Of a DNA stretch of 64,000 nucleotides, positions 45,001 to 60,810 are shown in pieces. Below the pieces are notes generated by a model that was not told where the DNA came from, made no database searches, and worked only from the letters and a program-made list of their open reading frames with translations. A program made the position numbers and the translations under genes. The DNA comes from Eledone cirrhosa (taxonomy: Eukaryota): assembly GCA_964016885.1 (NCBI GenBank), contig OZ024760.1:31496001-31560000 (forward strand). The letters run 5' to 3'. Numbering within the stretch: position 1 is the stretch's first letter; each line of letters begins with the position of its first letter.

Positions 45001-48000
45001 AAATACGATAGAGAAAATGCGGTGATAGGGAAAATATGATTTTTAGAGAAAAGATATGATATAGAATGGTGAAAATATGATATAGTGTGAAATTAGGACA
45101 TAGAAGTGATTGAATGAATGGGTTCGAATGGAGAGAAGAATCGAGAAAAAATTGGGCATAATTTAACAATAAACGAAAATACAAGATTTGTTTTGTTTAA
45201 GAAAATACGATAGAGAAAATGCGGTGATAGGGAAAATATGATTTTTAGAGAAAAGATATGATATAGAATGGTGAAAATATGATATAGTGTGAAATTAGGA
45301 CATAGAAGTGATTGAATGAATGGGTTCGAATGGAGAGAAGAATCGAGAAAAATTTGAACGTTACTTTATACCGAAGGGAACAGCCATCCCAGAAATAGCG
45401 AGTTGGCGATTTTGATTAATTTTGGTAGGGTTTTATCTTATATGTATAGAGAGGGAGGGGGGGGGGGCAGGAACCAGCATGATGAATGGGTAGGGGGTAG
45501 AATATGGGATGGAGCAGAGGTTAAAAGTTTAAATAGGTACTCGAAGATTTGCGTAAAACTTAGCAAGTTTAACAAATTATATTTAAAGGAATATATAATA
45601 GTGATAGCGAGAATGTAAGGTTTAAGATAAGATCGCCGTATTTTGGGCATGATTTAACAATAAACGAAAATACAAGATTTGTTTTGTTTAAGAAAATACG
45701 ATAGAGAAAATGCGGTGATAGGGAAAATATGATTTTTAGAGAAAAGATATGATATAGAATGGTGAAAATATGATATAGTGTGAAATTAGGACATAGAAGT
45801 GATTGAATGAATGGGTTCGAATGGAGAGAAGAATCGAGAAAAAATTGGGCATAATTTAACAATAAACGAAAATACAAGATTTGTTTTGTTTAAGAAAATA
45901 CGATAGAGAAAATGCGGTGATAGGGAAAATATGATTTTTAGAGAAAAGATATGATATAGAATGGTGAAAATATGATATAGTGTGAATTTAGGACATAGAA
46001 GTGATTGAATGAATGGGTTCGAATGGAGAGAAGAATCGAGAAAAAATTGGGCATAATTTAACAATAAACGAAAATACAAGATTTGTTTTGTTTAAGAAAA
46101 TACGATAGAGAAAATGCGGTGATAGGGAAAATATGATTTTTAGAGAAAAGATATGATATAGAATGGTGAAAATATGATATAGTGTGAATTTAGGACATAG
46201 AAGTGATTGAATGAATGGGTTCGAATGGAGAGAAGAATCGAGAAAAAATTGGGCATAATTTAACAATAAACGAAAATACAAGATTTGTTTTGTTTAAGAA
46301 AATACGATAGAGAAAATGCGGTGATAGGGAAAATATGATTTTTAGAGAAAAGATATGATATAGAATGGTGAAAATATGATATAGTGTGAAATTAGGACAT
46401 AGAAGTGATTGAATGAATAGGTTCGAATGGAGAGAAGAATCGAGAAAAAATTGGGCATAATTTAACAATAAACGAAAATACAAGATTTGTTTTGTTTAAG
46501 AAAATACGATAGAGAAAATGCGGTGATAGGGAAAATATGATTTTTAGAGAAAAGATATGATATAGAATGGTGAAAATATGATATAGTGTGAAATTAGGAC
46601 ATAGAAGTGATTGAATGAATGGGTTCGAATGGAGAGAAGAATCGAGAAAAAATTGGGCATAATTTAACAATAAACGAAAATACAAGATTTGTTTTGTTTA
46701 AGAAAATACGATAGAGAAAATGCGGTGATAGGGAAAATATGATTTTTAGAGAAAAGATATGATATAGAATGGTGAAAATATGATATAGTGTGAATTTAGG
46801 ACATAGAAGTGATTGAATGAATGGGTTCGAATGGAGAGAAGAATCGAGAAAAAATTGGGCATAATTTAACAATAAACGAAAATACAAGATTTGTTTTGTT
46901 TAAGAAAATACGATAGAGAAAATGCGGTGATAGGGAAAATATGATTTTTAGAGAAAAGATATGATATAGAATGGTGAAAATATGATATAGTGTGAAATTA
47001 GGACATAGAAGTGATTGAATGAATGGGTTCGAATGGAGAGAAGAATCGAGAAAAAATTGGGCATAATTTAACAATAAACGAAAATACAAGATTTGTTTTG
47101 TTTAAGAAAATACGATAGAGAAAATGCGGTGATAGGGAAAATATGATTTTTAGAGAAAAGATATGATATAGAATGGTGAAAATATGATATAGTGTGAAAT
47201 TAGGACATAGAAGTGATTGAATGAATGGGTTCGAATGGAGAGAAGAATCGAGAAAAAATTGGGCATAATTTAACAATAAACGAAAATACAAGATTTGTTT
47301 TGTTTAAGAAAATACGATAGAGAAAATGCGGTGATAGGGAAAATATGATTTTTAGAGAAAAGATATGATATAGAATGGTGAAAATATGATATAGTGTGAA
47401 TTTAGGACATAGAAGTGATTGAATGAATGGGTTCGAATGGAGAGAAGAATCGAGAAAAAATTGGGCATAATTTAACAATAAACGAAAATACAAGATTTGT
47501 TTTGTTTAAGAAAATACGATAGAGAAAATGCGGTGATAGGGAAAATATGATTTTTAGAGAAAAGATATGATATAGAATGGTGAAAATATGATATAGTGTG
47601 AATTTAGGACATAGAAGTGATTGAATGAATGGGTTCGAATGGAGAGAAGAATCGAGAAAAAATTGGGCATAATTTAACAATAAACGAAAATACAAGATTT
47701 GTTTTGTTTAAGAAAATACGATAGAGAAAATGCGGTGATAGGGAAAATATGATTTTTAGAGAAAAGATATGATATAGAATGGTGAAAATATGATATAGTG
47801 TGAAATTAGGACATAGAAGTGATTGAATGAATAGGTTCGAATGGAGAGAAGAATCGAGAAAAAATTGGGCATAATTTAACAATAAACGAAAATACAAGAT
47901 TTGTTTTGTTTAAGAAAATACGATAGAGAAAATGCGGTGATAGGGAAAATATGATTTTTAGAGAAAAGATATGATATAGAATGGTGAAAATATGATATAG

Positions 48001-51000
48001 TGTGAAATTAGGACATAGAAGTGATTGAATGAATGGGTTCGAATGGAGAGAAGAATCGAGAAAAAATTGGGCATAATTTAACAATAAACGAAAATACAAG
48101 ATTTGTTTTGTTTAAGAAAATACGATAGAGAAAATGCGGTGATAGGGAAAATATGATTTTTAGAGAAAAGATATGATATAGAATGGTGAAAATATGATAT
48201 AGTGTGAATTTAGGACATAGAAGTGATTGAATGAATGGGTTGGAATGGAGAGAAGAATCGAGAAAAAATTGGGCATAATTTAACAATAAACGAAAATACA
48301 AGATTTGTTTTGTTTAAGAAAATACGATAGAGAAAATGCGGTGATAGGGAAAATATGATTTTTAGAGAAAAGATATGATATAGAATGGTGAAAATATGAT
48401 ATAGTGTGAAATTAGGACATAGAAGTGATTGAATGAATGGGTTCGAATGGAGAGAAGAATCGAGAAAAAATTGGGCATAATTTAACAATAAACGAAAATA
48501 CAAGATTTGTTTTGTTTAAGAAAATACGATAGAGAAAATGCGGTGATAGGGAAAATATGATTTTTAGAGAAAAGATATGATATAGAATGGTGAAAATATG
48601 ATATAGTGTGAAATTAGGACATAGAAGTGATTGAATGAATGGGTTCGAATGGAGAGAAGAATCGAGAAAAAATTGGGCATAATTTAACAATAAACGAAAA
48701 TACAAGATTTGTTTTGTTTAAGAAAATACGATAGAGAAAATGCGGTGATAGGGAAAATATGATTTTTAGAGAAAAGATATGATATAGAATGGTGAAAATA
48801 TGATATAGTGTGAAATTAGGACATAGAAGTGATTGAATGAATGGGTTCGAATGGAGAGAAGAATCGAGAAAAAATTGGGCATAATTTAACAATAAACGAA
48901 AATACAAGATTTGTTTTGTTTAAGAAAATACGATAGAGAAAATGCGGTGATAGGGAAAATATGATTTTTAGAGAAAAGATATGATATAGAATGGTGAAAA
49001 TATGATATAGTGTGAATTTAGGACATAGAAGTGATTGAATGAATGGGTTCGAATGGAGAGAAGAATCGAGAAAAAATTGGGCATAATTTAACAATAAACG
49101 AAAATACAAGATTTGTTTTGTTTAAGAAAATACGATAGAGAAAATGCGGTGATAGGGAAAATATGATTTTTAGAGAAAAGATATGATATAGAATGGTGAA
49201 AATATGATATAGTGTGAAATTAGGACATAGAAGTGATTGAATGAATGGGTTCGAATGGAGAGAAGAATCGAGAAAAAATTGGGCATAATTTAACAATAAA
49301 CGAAAATACAAGATTTGTTTTGTTTAAGAAAATACGATAGAGAAAATGCGGTGATAGGGAAAATATGATTTTTAGAGAAAAGATATGATATAGAATGGTG
49401 AAAATATGATATAGTGTGAAATTAGGACATAAAAGTGATTGAATGAATGGGTTCGAATGGAGAGAAGAATCGAGAAAAAATTGGGCATAATTTAACAATA
49501 AACGAAAATACAAGATTTGTTTTGTTTAAGAAAATACGATAGAGAAAATTCGGTGATAGGGAAAATATGATTTTTAGAGAAAAGATATGATATAGAATGG
49601 TGAAAATATGATATAGTGTGAATTTAGGACATAGAAGTGATTGAATGAATGGGTTCGAATGGAGAGAAGAATCGAGAAAAAATTGGGCATAATTTAACAA
49701 TAAACGAAAATACAAGATTTGTTTTGTTTAAGAAAATACGATAGAGAAAATGCGGTGATAGGGAAAATATGATTTTTAGAGAAAAGATATGATATAGAAT
49801 GGTGAAAATATGATATAGTGTGAATTTAGGACATAGAAGTGATTGAATGAATGGGTTCGAATGGAGAGAAGAATCGAGAAAAAATTGGGCATAATTTAAC
49901 AATAAACGAAAATACAAGATTTGTTTTGTTTAAGAAAATACGATAGAGAAAATGCGGTGATCGGGAAAATATGATTTTTAGAGAAAAGAAATGATATAGA
50001 ATGGTGAAAATATGATATAGTGTGAAATTAGGACATAGAAGTGATTGAATGAATGGGTTCGAATGGAGAGAAGAATCGAGAAAAATTTGAACGTTACTTT
50101 ATACCGAAGGGAACAGCCATCCCAGAAATAGCGAGTTGGCGATTTTGATTAATTTTGGTAGGGTTTTATCTTATATGTATAGAGAGGGAGGGGGGGGGGG
50201 GCAGGAACCAGCATGATGAATGGGTAGGGGGTAGAATATGGGATGGAGCAGAGGTTAAAAGTTTCAAATAGGTACTCGAAGATTTGCGTAAAACTTAGCA
50301 AGTTTAACAAATTATATTTAAAGGAATATATAATAGTGATAGCGAGAATGTAAGGTTTAAGATAAGATCGCCGTATTTTGGGCATGATTTAACAATAAAC
50401 GAAAATACAAGATTTGTTTTGTTTAAGAAAATACGATAGAGAAAATGCGGTGATAGGGAAAATATGATTTTTAGAGAAAAGATATGATATAGAATGGTGA
50501 AAATATGATATAGTGTGAAATTAGGACATAGAAGTGATTGAATGAATGGGTTCGAATGGAGAGAAGAATCGAGAAAAAATTGGGCATAATTTAACAATAA
50601 ACGAAAATACAAGATTTGTTTTGTTTAAGAAAATACGATAGAGAAAAGGCGGTGATAGGGAAAATATGATTTTTAGAGAAAAGATATGATATAGAATGGT
50701 GAAAATATGATATAGTGTGAAATTAGGACATAGAAGTGATTGAATGAATGGGTTCGAATGGAGAGAAGAATCGAGAAAAAATTGGGCATAATTTAACAAT
50801 AAACGAAAATACAAGATTTGTTTTGTTTAAGAAAATACGATAGAGAAAATGCGGTGATAGGGAAAATATGATTTTTAGAGAAAAGATATGATATAGAATG
50901 GTGAAAATATGATATAGTGTGAATTTAGGACATAGAAGTGATTGAATGAATGGGTTCGAATGGAGAGAAGAATCGAGAAAAAATTGGGCATAATTTAACA

Positions 51001-54000
51001 ATAAACGAAAATACAAGATTTGTTTTGTTTAAGAAAATACGATAGAGAAAATGCGGTGATAGGGAAAATATGATTTTTAGAGAAAAGATATGATATAGAA
51101 TGGTGAAAATATGATATAGTGTGAATTTAGGACATAGAAGTGATTGAATGAATGGGTTCGAATGGAGAGAAGAATCGAGAAAAAATTGGGCATAATTTAA
51201 CAATAAACGAAAATACAAGATTTGTTTTGTTTAAGAAAATACGATAGAGAAAATGCGGTGATCGGGAAAATATGATTTTTAGAGAAAAGAAATGATATAG
51301 AATGGTGAAAATATGATATAGTGTGAAATTAGGACATAGAAGTGATTGAATGAATGGGTTCGAATGGAGAGAAGAATCGAGAAAAATTTGAACGTTACTT
51401 TATACCGAAGGGAACAGCCATCCCAGAAATAGCGAGTTGGCGATTTTGATTAATTTTGGTAGGGTTTTATCTTATATGTATAGAGAGGGAGGGGGGGGCA
51501 GGAACCAGCATGATGAATGGGTAGGGGGTAGAATATGGGATGGAGCAGAGGTTAAAAGTTTAAATAGGTACTCGAAGATTTGCGTAAAACTTAGCAAGTT
51601 TAACAAATTATATTTAAAGGAATATATAATAGTGATAGCGAGAATGTAAGGTTTAAGATAAGATCGCCGTATTTTGGGCATGATTTAACAATAAACGAAA
51701 ATACAAGATTTGTTTTGTTTAAGAAAATACGATAGAGAAAATGCGGTGATAGGGAAAATATGATTTTTAGAGAAAAGATATGATATAGAATGGTGAAAAT
51801 ATGATATAGTGTGAAATTAGGACATAGAAGTGATTGAATGAATGGGTTCGAATGGAGAGAAGAATCGAGAAAAAATTGGGCATAATTTAACAATAAACGA
51901 AAATACAAGATTTGTTTTGTTTAAGAAAATACGATAGAGAAAATGCGGTGATAGGGAAAATATGATTTTTAGAGAAAAGATATGATATAGAATGGTGAAA
52001 ATATGATATAGTGTGAAATTAGGACATAGAAGTGATTGAATGAATGGGTTCGAATGGAGAGAAGAATCGAGAAAAATTTGAACGTTACTTTATACCGAAG
52101 GGAACAGCCATCCCAGAAATAGCGAGTTGGCGATTTTGATTAATTTTGGTAGGGTTTTATCTTATATGTATAGAGAGGGAGGGGGGGGGGGGCAGGAACC
52201 AGCATGATGAATGGGTAGGGGGTAGAATATGGGATGGAGCAGAGGTTAAAAGTTTAAATAGGTACTCGAAGATTTGCGTAAAACTTAGCAAGTTTAACAA
52301 ATTATATTTAAAGGAATATATAATAGTGATAGCGAGAATGTAAGGTTTAAGATAAGATCGCCGTATTTTGGGCATGATTTAACAATAAACGAAAATACAA
52401 GATTTGTTTTGTTTAAGAAAATACGATAGAGAAAATGCGGTGATAGGGAAAATATGATTTTTAGAGAAAAGATATGATATAGAATGGTGAAAATATGATA
52501 TAGTGTGAAATTAGGACATAGAAGTGATTGAATGAATGGGTTCGAATGGAGAGAAGAATCGAGAAAAAATTGGGCATAATTTAACAATAAACGAAAATAC
52601 AAGATTTGTTTTGTTTAAGAAAATACGATAGAGAAAATGCGGTGATAGGGAAAATATGATTTTTAGAGAAAAGATATGATATAGAATGGTGAAAATATGA
52701 TATAGTGTGAATTTAGGACATAGAAGTGATTGAATGAATGGGTTCGAATGGAGAGAAGAATCGAGAAAAAATTGGGCATAATTTAACAATAAACGAAAAT
52801 ACAAGATTTGTTTTGTTTAAGAAAATACGATAGAGAAAATGCGGTGATAGGGAAAATATGATTTTTAGAGAAAAGATATGATATAGAATGGTGAAAATAT
52901 GATATAGTGTGAATTTAGGACATAGAAGTGATTGAATGAATGGGTTCGAATGGAGAGAAGAATCGAGAAAAAATTGGGCATAATTTAACAATAAACGAAA
53001 ATACAAGATTTGTTTTGTTTAAGAAAATACGATAGAGAAAATGCGGTGATAGGGAAAATATGATTTTTAGAGAAAAGATATGATATAGAATGGTGAAAAT
53101 ATGATATAGTGTGAAATTAGGACATAGAAGTGATTGAATGAATAGGTTCGAATGGAGAGAAGAATCGAGAAAAAATTGGGCATAATTTAACAATAAACGA
53201 AAATACAAGATTTGTTTTGTTTAAGAAAATACGATAGAGAAAATGCGGTGATAGGGAAAATATGATTTTTAGAGAAAAGATATGATATAGAATGGTGAAA
53301 ATATGATATAGTGTGAAATTAGGACATAGAAGTGATTGAATGAATGGGTTCGAATGGAGAGAAGAATCGAGAAAAAATTGGGCATAATTTAACAATAAAC
53401 GAAAATACAAGATTTGTTTTGTTTAAGAAAATACGATAGAGAAAATGCGGTGATAGGGAAAATATGATTTTTAGAGAAAAGATATGATATAGAATGGTGA
53501 AAATATGATATAGTGTGAATTTAGGACATAGAAGTGATTGAATGAATGGGTTCGAATGGAGAGAAGAATCGAGAAAAAATTGGGCATAATTTAACAATAA
53601 ACGAAAATACAAGATTTGTTTTGTTTAAGAAAATACGATAGAGAAAATGCGGTGATAGGGAAAATATGATTTTTAGAGAAAAGATATGATATAGAATGGT
53701 GAAAATATGATATAGTGTGAAATTAGGACATAGAAGTGATTGAATGAATGGGTTCGAATGGAGAGAAGAATCGAGAAAAAATTGGGCATAATTTAACAAT
53801 AAACGAAAATACAAGATTTGTTTTGTTTAAGAAAATACGATAGAGAAAATGCGGTGATAGGGAAAATATGATTTTTAGAGAAAAGATATGATATAGAATG
53901 GTGAAAATATGATATAGTGTGAAATTAGGACATAGAAGTGATTGAATGAATGGGTTCGAATGGAGAGAAGAATCGAGAAAAAATTGGGCATAATTTAACA

Positions 54001-57000
54001 ATAAACGAAAATACAAGATTTGTTTTGTTTAAGAAAATACGATAGAGAAAATGCGGTGATAGGGAAAATATGATTTTTAGAGAAAAGATATGATATAGAA
54101 TGGTGAAAATATGATATAGTGTGAAATTAGGACATAGAAGTGATTGAATGAATGGGTTCGAATGGAGAGAAGAATCGAGAAAAAATTGGGCATAATTTAA
54201 CAATAAACGAAAATACAAGATTTGTTTTGTTTAAGAAAATACGATAGAGAAAATGCGGTGATAGGGAAAATATGATTTTTAGAGAAAAGATATGATATAG
54301 AATGGTGAAAATATGATATAGTGTGAATTTAGGACATAGAAGTGATTGAATGAATGGGTTCGAATGGAGAGAAGAATCGAGAAAAAATTGGGCATAATTT
54401 AACAATAAACGAAAATACAAGATTTGTTTTGTTTAAGAAAATACGATAGAGAAAATGCGGTGATAGGGAAAATATGATTTTTAGAGAAAAGATATGATAT
54501 AGAATGGTGAAAATATGATATAGTGTGAAATTAGGACATAGAAGTGATTGAATGAATGGGTTCGAATGGAGAGAAGAATCGAGAAAAAATTGGGCATAAT
54601 TTAACAATAAACGAAAATACAAGATTTGTTTTGTTTAAGAAAATACGATAGAGAAAATGCGGTGATAGGGAAAATATGATTTTTAGAGAAAAGATATGAT
54701 ATAGAATGGTGAAAATATGATATAGTGTGAAATTAGGACATAGAAGTGATTGAATGAATGGGTTCGAATGGAGAGAAGAATCGAGAAAAAATTGGGCATA
54801 ATTTAACAATAAACGAAAATACAAGATTTGTTTTGTTTAAGAAAATACGATAGAGAAAATGCGGTGATAGGGAAAATATGATTTTTAGAGAAAAGATATG
54901 ATATAGAATGGTGAAAATATGATATAGTGTGAATTTAGGACATAGAAGTGATTGAATGAATGGGTTCGAATGGAGAGAAGAATCGAGAAAAAATTGGGCA
55001 TAATTTAACAATAAACGAAAATACAAGATTTGTTTTGTTTAAGAAAATACGATAGAGAAAATGCGGTGATAGGGAAAATATGATTTTTAGAGAAAAGATA
55101 TGATATAGAATGGTGAAAATATGATATAGTGTGAATTTAGGACATAGAAGTGATTGAATGAATGGGTTCGAATGGAGAGAAGAATCGAGAAAAAATTGGG
55201 CATAATTTAACAATAAACGAAAATACAAGATTTGTTTTGTTTAAGAAAATACGATAGAGAAAATGCGGTGATCGGGAAAATATGATTTTTAGAGAAAAGA
55301 AATGATATAGAATGGTGAAAATATGATATAGTGTGAAATTAGGACATAGAAGTGATTGAATGAATGGGTTCGAATGGAGAGAAGAATCGAGAAAAATTTG
55401 AACGTTACTTTATACCGAAGGGAACAGCCATCCCAGAAATAGCGAGTTGGCGATTTTGATTAATTTTGGTAGGGTTTTATCTTATATGTATAGAGAGGGA
55501 GGGGGGGGGGGCAGGAACCAGCATGATGAATGGGTAGGGGGTAGAATATGGGATGGAGCAGAGGTTAAAAGTTTAAATAGGTACTCGAAGATTTGCGTAA
55601 AACTTAGCAAGTTTAACAAATTATATTTAAAGGAATATATAATAGTGATAGCGAGAATGTAAGGTTTAAGATAAGATCGCCGTATTTTGGGCATGATTTA
55701 ACAATAAACGAAAATACAAGATTTGTTTTGTTTAAGAAAATACGATAGAGAAAATGCGGTGATAGGGAAAATATGATTTTTAGAGAAAAGATATGATATA
55801 GAATGGTGAAAATATGATATAGTGTGAAATTAGGACATAGAAGTGATTGAATGAATGGGTTCGAATGGAGAGAAGAATCGAGAAAAAATTGGGCATAATT
55901 TAACAATAAACGAAAATACAAGATTTGTTTTGTTTAAGAAAATACGATAGAGAAAATGCGGTGATAGGGAAAATATGATTTTTAGAGAAAAGATATGATA
56001 TAGAATGGTGAAAATATGATATAGTGTGAAATTAGGACATAGAAGTGATTGAATGAATGGGTTCGAATGGAGAGAAGAATCGAGAAAAATTTGAACGTTA
56101 CTTTATACCGAAGGGAACAGCCATCCCAGAAATAGCGAGTTGGCGATTTTGATTAATTTTGGTAGGGTTTTATCTTATATGTATAGAGAGGGAGGGGGGG
56201 GGGGGGCAGGAACCAGCATGATGAATGGGTAGGGGGTAGAATATGGGATGGAGCAGAGGTTAAAAGTTTAAATAGGTACTCGAAGATTTGCGTAAAACTT
56301 AGCAAGTTTAACAAATTATATTTAAAGGAATATATAATAGTGATAGCGAGAATGTAAGGTTTAAGATAAGATCGCCGTATTTTGGGCATGATTTAACAAT
56401 AAACGAAAATACAAGATTTGTTTTGTTTAAGAAAATACGATAGAGAAAATGCGGTGATAGGGAAAATATGATTTTTAGAGAAAAGATATGATATAGAATG
56501 GTGAAAATATGATATAGTGTGAAATTAGGACATAGAAGTGATTGAATGAATGGGTTCGAATGGAGAGAAGAATCGAGAAAAAATTGGGCATAATTTAACA
56601 ATAAACGAAAATACAAGATTTGTTTTGTTTAAGAAAATACGATAGAGAAAATGCGGTGATAGGGAAAATATGATTTTTAGAGAAAAGATATGATATAGAA
56701 TGGTGAAAATATGATATAGTGTGAATTTAGGACATAGAAGTGATTGAATGAATGGGTTCGAATGGAGAGAAGAATCGAGAAAAAATTGGGCATAATTTAA
56801 CAATAAACGAAAATACAAGATTTGTTTTGTTTAAGAAAATACGATAGAGAAAATGCGGTGATAGGGAAAATATGATTTTTAGAGAAAAGATATGATATAG
56901 AATGGTGAAAATATGATATAGTGTGAATTTAGGACATAGAAGTGATTGAATGAATGGGTTCGAATGGAGAGAAGAATCGAGAAAAAATTGGGCATAATTT

Positions 57001-60000
57001 AACAATAAACGAAAATACAAGATTTGTTTTGTTTAAGAAAATACGATAGAGAAAATGCGGTGATAGGGAAAATATGATTTTTAGAGAAAAGATATGATAT
57101 AGAATGGTGAAAATATGATATAGTGTGAAATTAGGACATAGAAGTGATTGAATGAATAGGTTCGAATGGAGAGAAGAATCGAGAAAAAATTGGGCATAAT
57201 TTAACAATAAACGAAAATACAAGATTTGTTTTGTTTAAGAAAATACGATAGAGAAAATGCGGTGATAGGGAAAATATGATTTTTAGAGAAAAGATATGAT
57301 ATAGAATGGTGAAAATATGATATAGTGTGAAATTAGGACATAGAAGTGATTGAATGAATGGGTTCGAATGGAGAGAAGAATCGAGAAAAAATTGGGCATA
57401 ATTTAACAATAAACGAAAATACAAGATTTGTTTTGTTTAAGAAAATACGATAGAGAAAATGCGGTGATAGGGAAAATATGATTTTTAGAGAAAAGATATG
57501 ATATAGAATGGTGAAAATATGATATAGTGTGAATTTAGGACATAGAAGTGATTGAATGAATGGGTTCGAATGGAGAGAAGAATCGAGAAAAAATTGGGCA
57601 TAATTTAACAATAAACGAAAATACAAGATTTGTTTTGTTTAAGAAAATACGATAGAGAAAATGCGGTGATAGGGAAAATATGATTTTTAGAGAAAAGATA
57701 TGATATAGAATGGTGAAAATATGATATAGTGTGAAATTAGGACATAGAAGTGATTGAATGAATGGGTTCGAATGGAGAGAAGAATCGAGAAAAAATTGGG
57801 CATAATTTAACAATAAACGAAAATACAAGATTTGTTTTGTTTAAGAAAATACGATAGAGAAAATGCGGTGATAGGGAAAATATGATTTTTAGAGAAAAGA
57901 TATGATATAGAATGGTGAAAATATGATATAGTGTGAAATTAGGACATAGAAGTGATTGAATGAATGGGTTCGAATGGAGAGAAGAATCGAGAAAAAATTG
58001 GGCATAATTTAACAATAAACGAAAATACAAGATTTGTTTTGTTTAAGAAAATACGATAGAGAAAATGCGGTGATAGGGAAAATATGATTTTTAGAGAAAA
58101 GATATGATATAGAATGGTGAAAATATGATATAGTGTGAAATTAGGACATAGAAGTGATTGAATGAATGGGTTCGAATGGAGAGAAGAATCGAGAAAAAAT
58201 TGGGCATAATTTAACAATAAACGAAAATACAAGATTTGTTTTGTTTAAGAAAATACGATAGAGAAAATGCGGTGATAGGGAAAATATGATTTTTAGAGAA
58301 AAGATATGATATAGAATGGTGAAAATATGATATAGTGTGAATTTAGGACATAGAAGTGATTGAATGAATGGGTTCGAATGGAGAGAAGAATCGAGAAAAA
58401 ATTGGGCATAATTTAACAATAAACGAAAATACAAGATTTGTTTTGTTTAAGAAAATACGATAGAGAAAATGCGGTGATAGGGAAAATATGATTTTTAGAG
58501 AAAAGATATGATATAGAATGGTGAAAATATGATATAGTGTGAAATTAGGACATAGAAGTGATTGAATGAATGGGTTCGAATGGAGAGAAGAATCGAGAAA
58601 AAATTGGGCATAATTTAACAATAAACGAAAATACAAGATTTGTTTTGTTTAAGAAAATACGATAGAGAAAATGCGGTGATAGGGAAAATATGATTTTTAG
58701 AGAAAAGATATGATATAGAATGGTGAAAATATGATATAGTGTGAAATTAGGACATAGAAGTGATTGAATGAATGGGTTCGAATGGAGAGAAGAATCGAGA
58801 AAAAATTGGGCATAATTTAACAATAAACGAAAATACAAGATTTGTTTTGTTTAAGAAAATACGATAGAGAAAATGCGGTGATAGGGAAAATATGATTTTT
58901 AGAGAAAAGATATGATATAGAATGGTGAAAATATGATATAGTGTGAATTTAGGACATAGAAGTGATTGAATGAATGGGTTCGAATGGAGAGAAGAATCGA
59001 GAAAAAATTGGGCATAATTTAACAATAAACGAAAATACAAGATTTGTTTTGTTTAAGAAAATACGATAGAGAAAATGCGGTGATAGGGAAAATATGATTT
59101 TTAGAGAAAAGATATGATATAGAATGGTGAAAATATGATATAGTGTGAATTTAGGACATAGAAGTGATTGAATGAATGGGTTCGAATGGAGAGAAGAATC
59201 GAGAAAAAATTGGGCATAATTTAACAATAAACGAAAATACAAGATTTGTTTTGTTTAAGAAAATACGATAGAGAAAATGCGGTGATCGGGAAAATATGAT
59301 TTTTAGAGAAAAGAAATGATATAGAATGGTGAAAATATGATATAGTGTGAAATTAGGACATAGAAGTGATTGAATGAATGGGTTCGAATGGAGAGAAGAA
59401 TCGAGAAAAATTTGAACGTTACTTTATACCGAAGGGAACAGCCATCCCAGAAATAGCGAGTTGGCGATTTTGATTAATTTTGGTAGGGTTTTATCTTATA
59501 TGTATAGAGAGGGAGGGGGGGGGGGGGCAGGAACCAGCATGATGAATGGGTAGGGGGTAGAATATGGGATGGAGCAGAGGTTAAAAGTTTAAATAGGTAC
59601 TCGAAGATTTGCGTAAAACTTAGCAAGTTTAACAAATTATATTTAAAGGAATATATAATAGTGATAGCGAGAATGTAAGGTTTAAGATAAGATCGCCGTA
59701 TTTTGGGCATGATTTAACAATAAACGAAAATACAAGATTTGTTTTGTTTAAGAAAATACGATAGAGAAAATGCGGTGATAGGGAAAATATGATTTTTAGA
59801 GAAAAGATATGATATAGAATGGTGAAAATATGATATAGTGTGAAATTAGGACATAGAAGTGATTGAATGAATGGGTTCGAATGGAGAGAAGAATCGAGAA
59901 AAAATTGGGCATAATTTAACAATAAACGAAAATACAAGATTTGTTTTGTTTAAGAAAATACGATAGAGAAAATGCGGTGATAGGGAAAATATGATTTTTA

Positions 60001-60680
60001 GAGAAAAGATATGATATAGAATGGTGAAAATATGATATAGTGTGAAATTAGGACATAGAAGTGATTGAATGAATGGGTTCGAATGGAGAGAAGAATCGAG
60101 AAAAATTTGAACGTTACTTTATACCGAAGGGAACAGCCATCCCAGAAATAGCGAGTTGGCGATTTTGATTAATTTTGGTAGGGTTTTATCTTATATGTAT
60201 AGAGAGGGAGGGGGGGGGGGCAGGAACCAGCATGATGAATGGGTAGGGGGTAGAATATGGGATGGAGCAGAGGTTAAAAGTTTAAATAGGTACTCGAAGA
60301 TTTGCGTAAAACTTAGCAAGTTTAACAAATTATATTTAAAGGAATATATAATAGTGATAGCGAGAATGTAAGGTTTAAGATAAGATCGCCGTATTTTGGG
60401 CATGATTTAACAATAAACGAAAATACAAGATTTGTTTTGTTTAAGAAAATACGATAGAGAAAATGCGGTGATAGGGAAAATATGATTTTTAGAGAAAAGA
60501 TATGATATAGAATGGTGAAAATATGATATAGTGTGAAATTAGGACATAGAAGTGATTGAATGAATGGGTTCGAATGGAGAGAAGAATCGAGAAAAAATTG
60601 GGCATAATTTAACAATAAACGAAAATACAAGATTTGTTTTGTTTAAGAAAATACGATAGAGAAAATGCGGTGATAGGGAA
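36053..60680. repeat. 202-bp AT-rich satellite array (about 107 monomers) interrupted by ten spacer units of about 290 bp
   Basis: Exact 202-bp periodicity (also visible in the ORF track). Spacers start near 43361, 44661, 45352, 50085, 51387, 52077, 55397, 56090, 59411 and 60105. Confidence 0.98.
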
Positions 60681-60729
60681 ATATACATATATATATATTT
60701 ATATATATATATATATATATACATATATA

Positions 60730-60806
<77 letters not shown>

Positions 60807-60810
<4 letters not shown>

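Noticed and set aside
36233-60630. About 100 copies of a 97-aa ORF
   Set aside because: Artefact of the 202-bp satellite: overlapping, shifting frames and no protein features.
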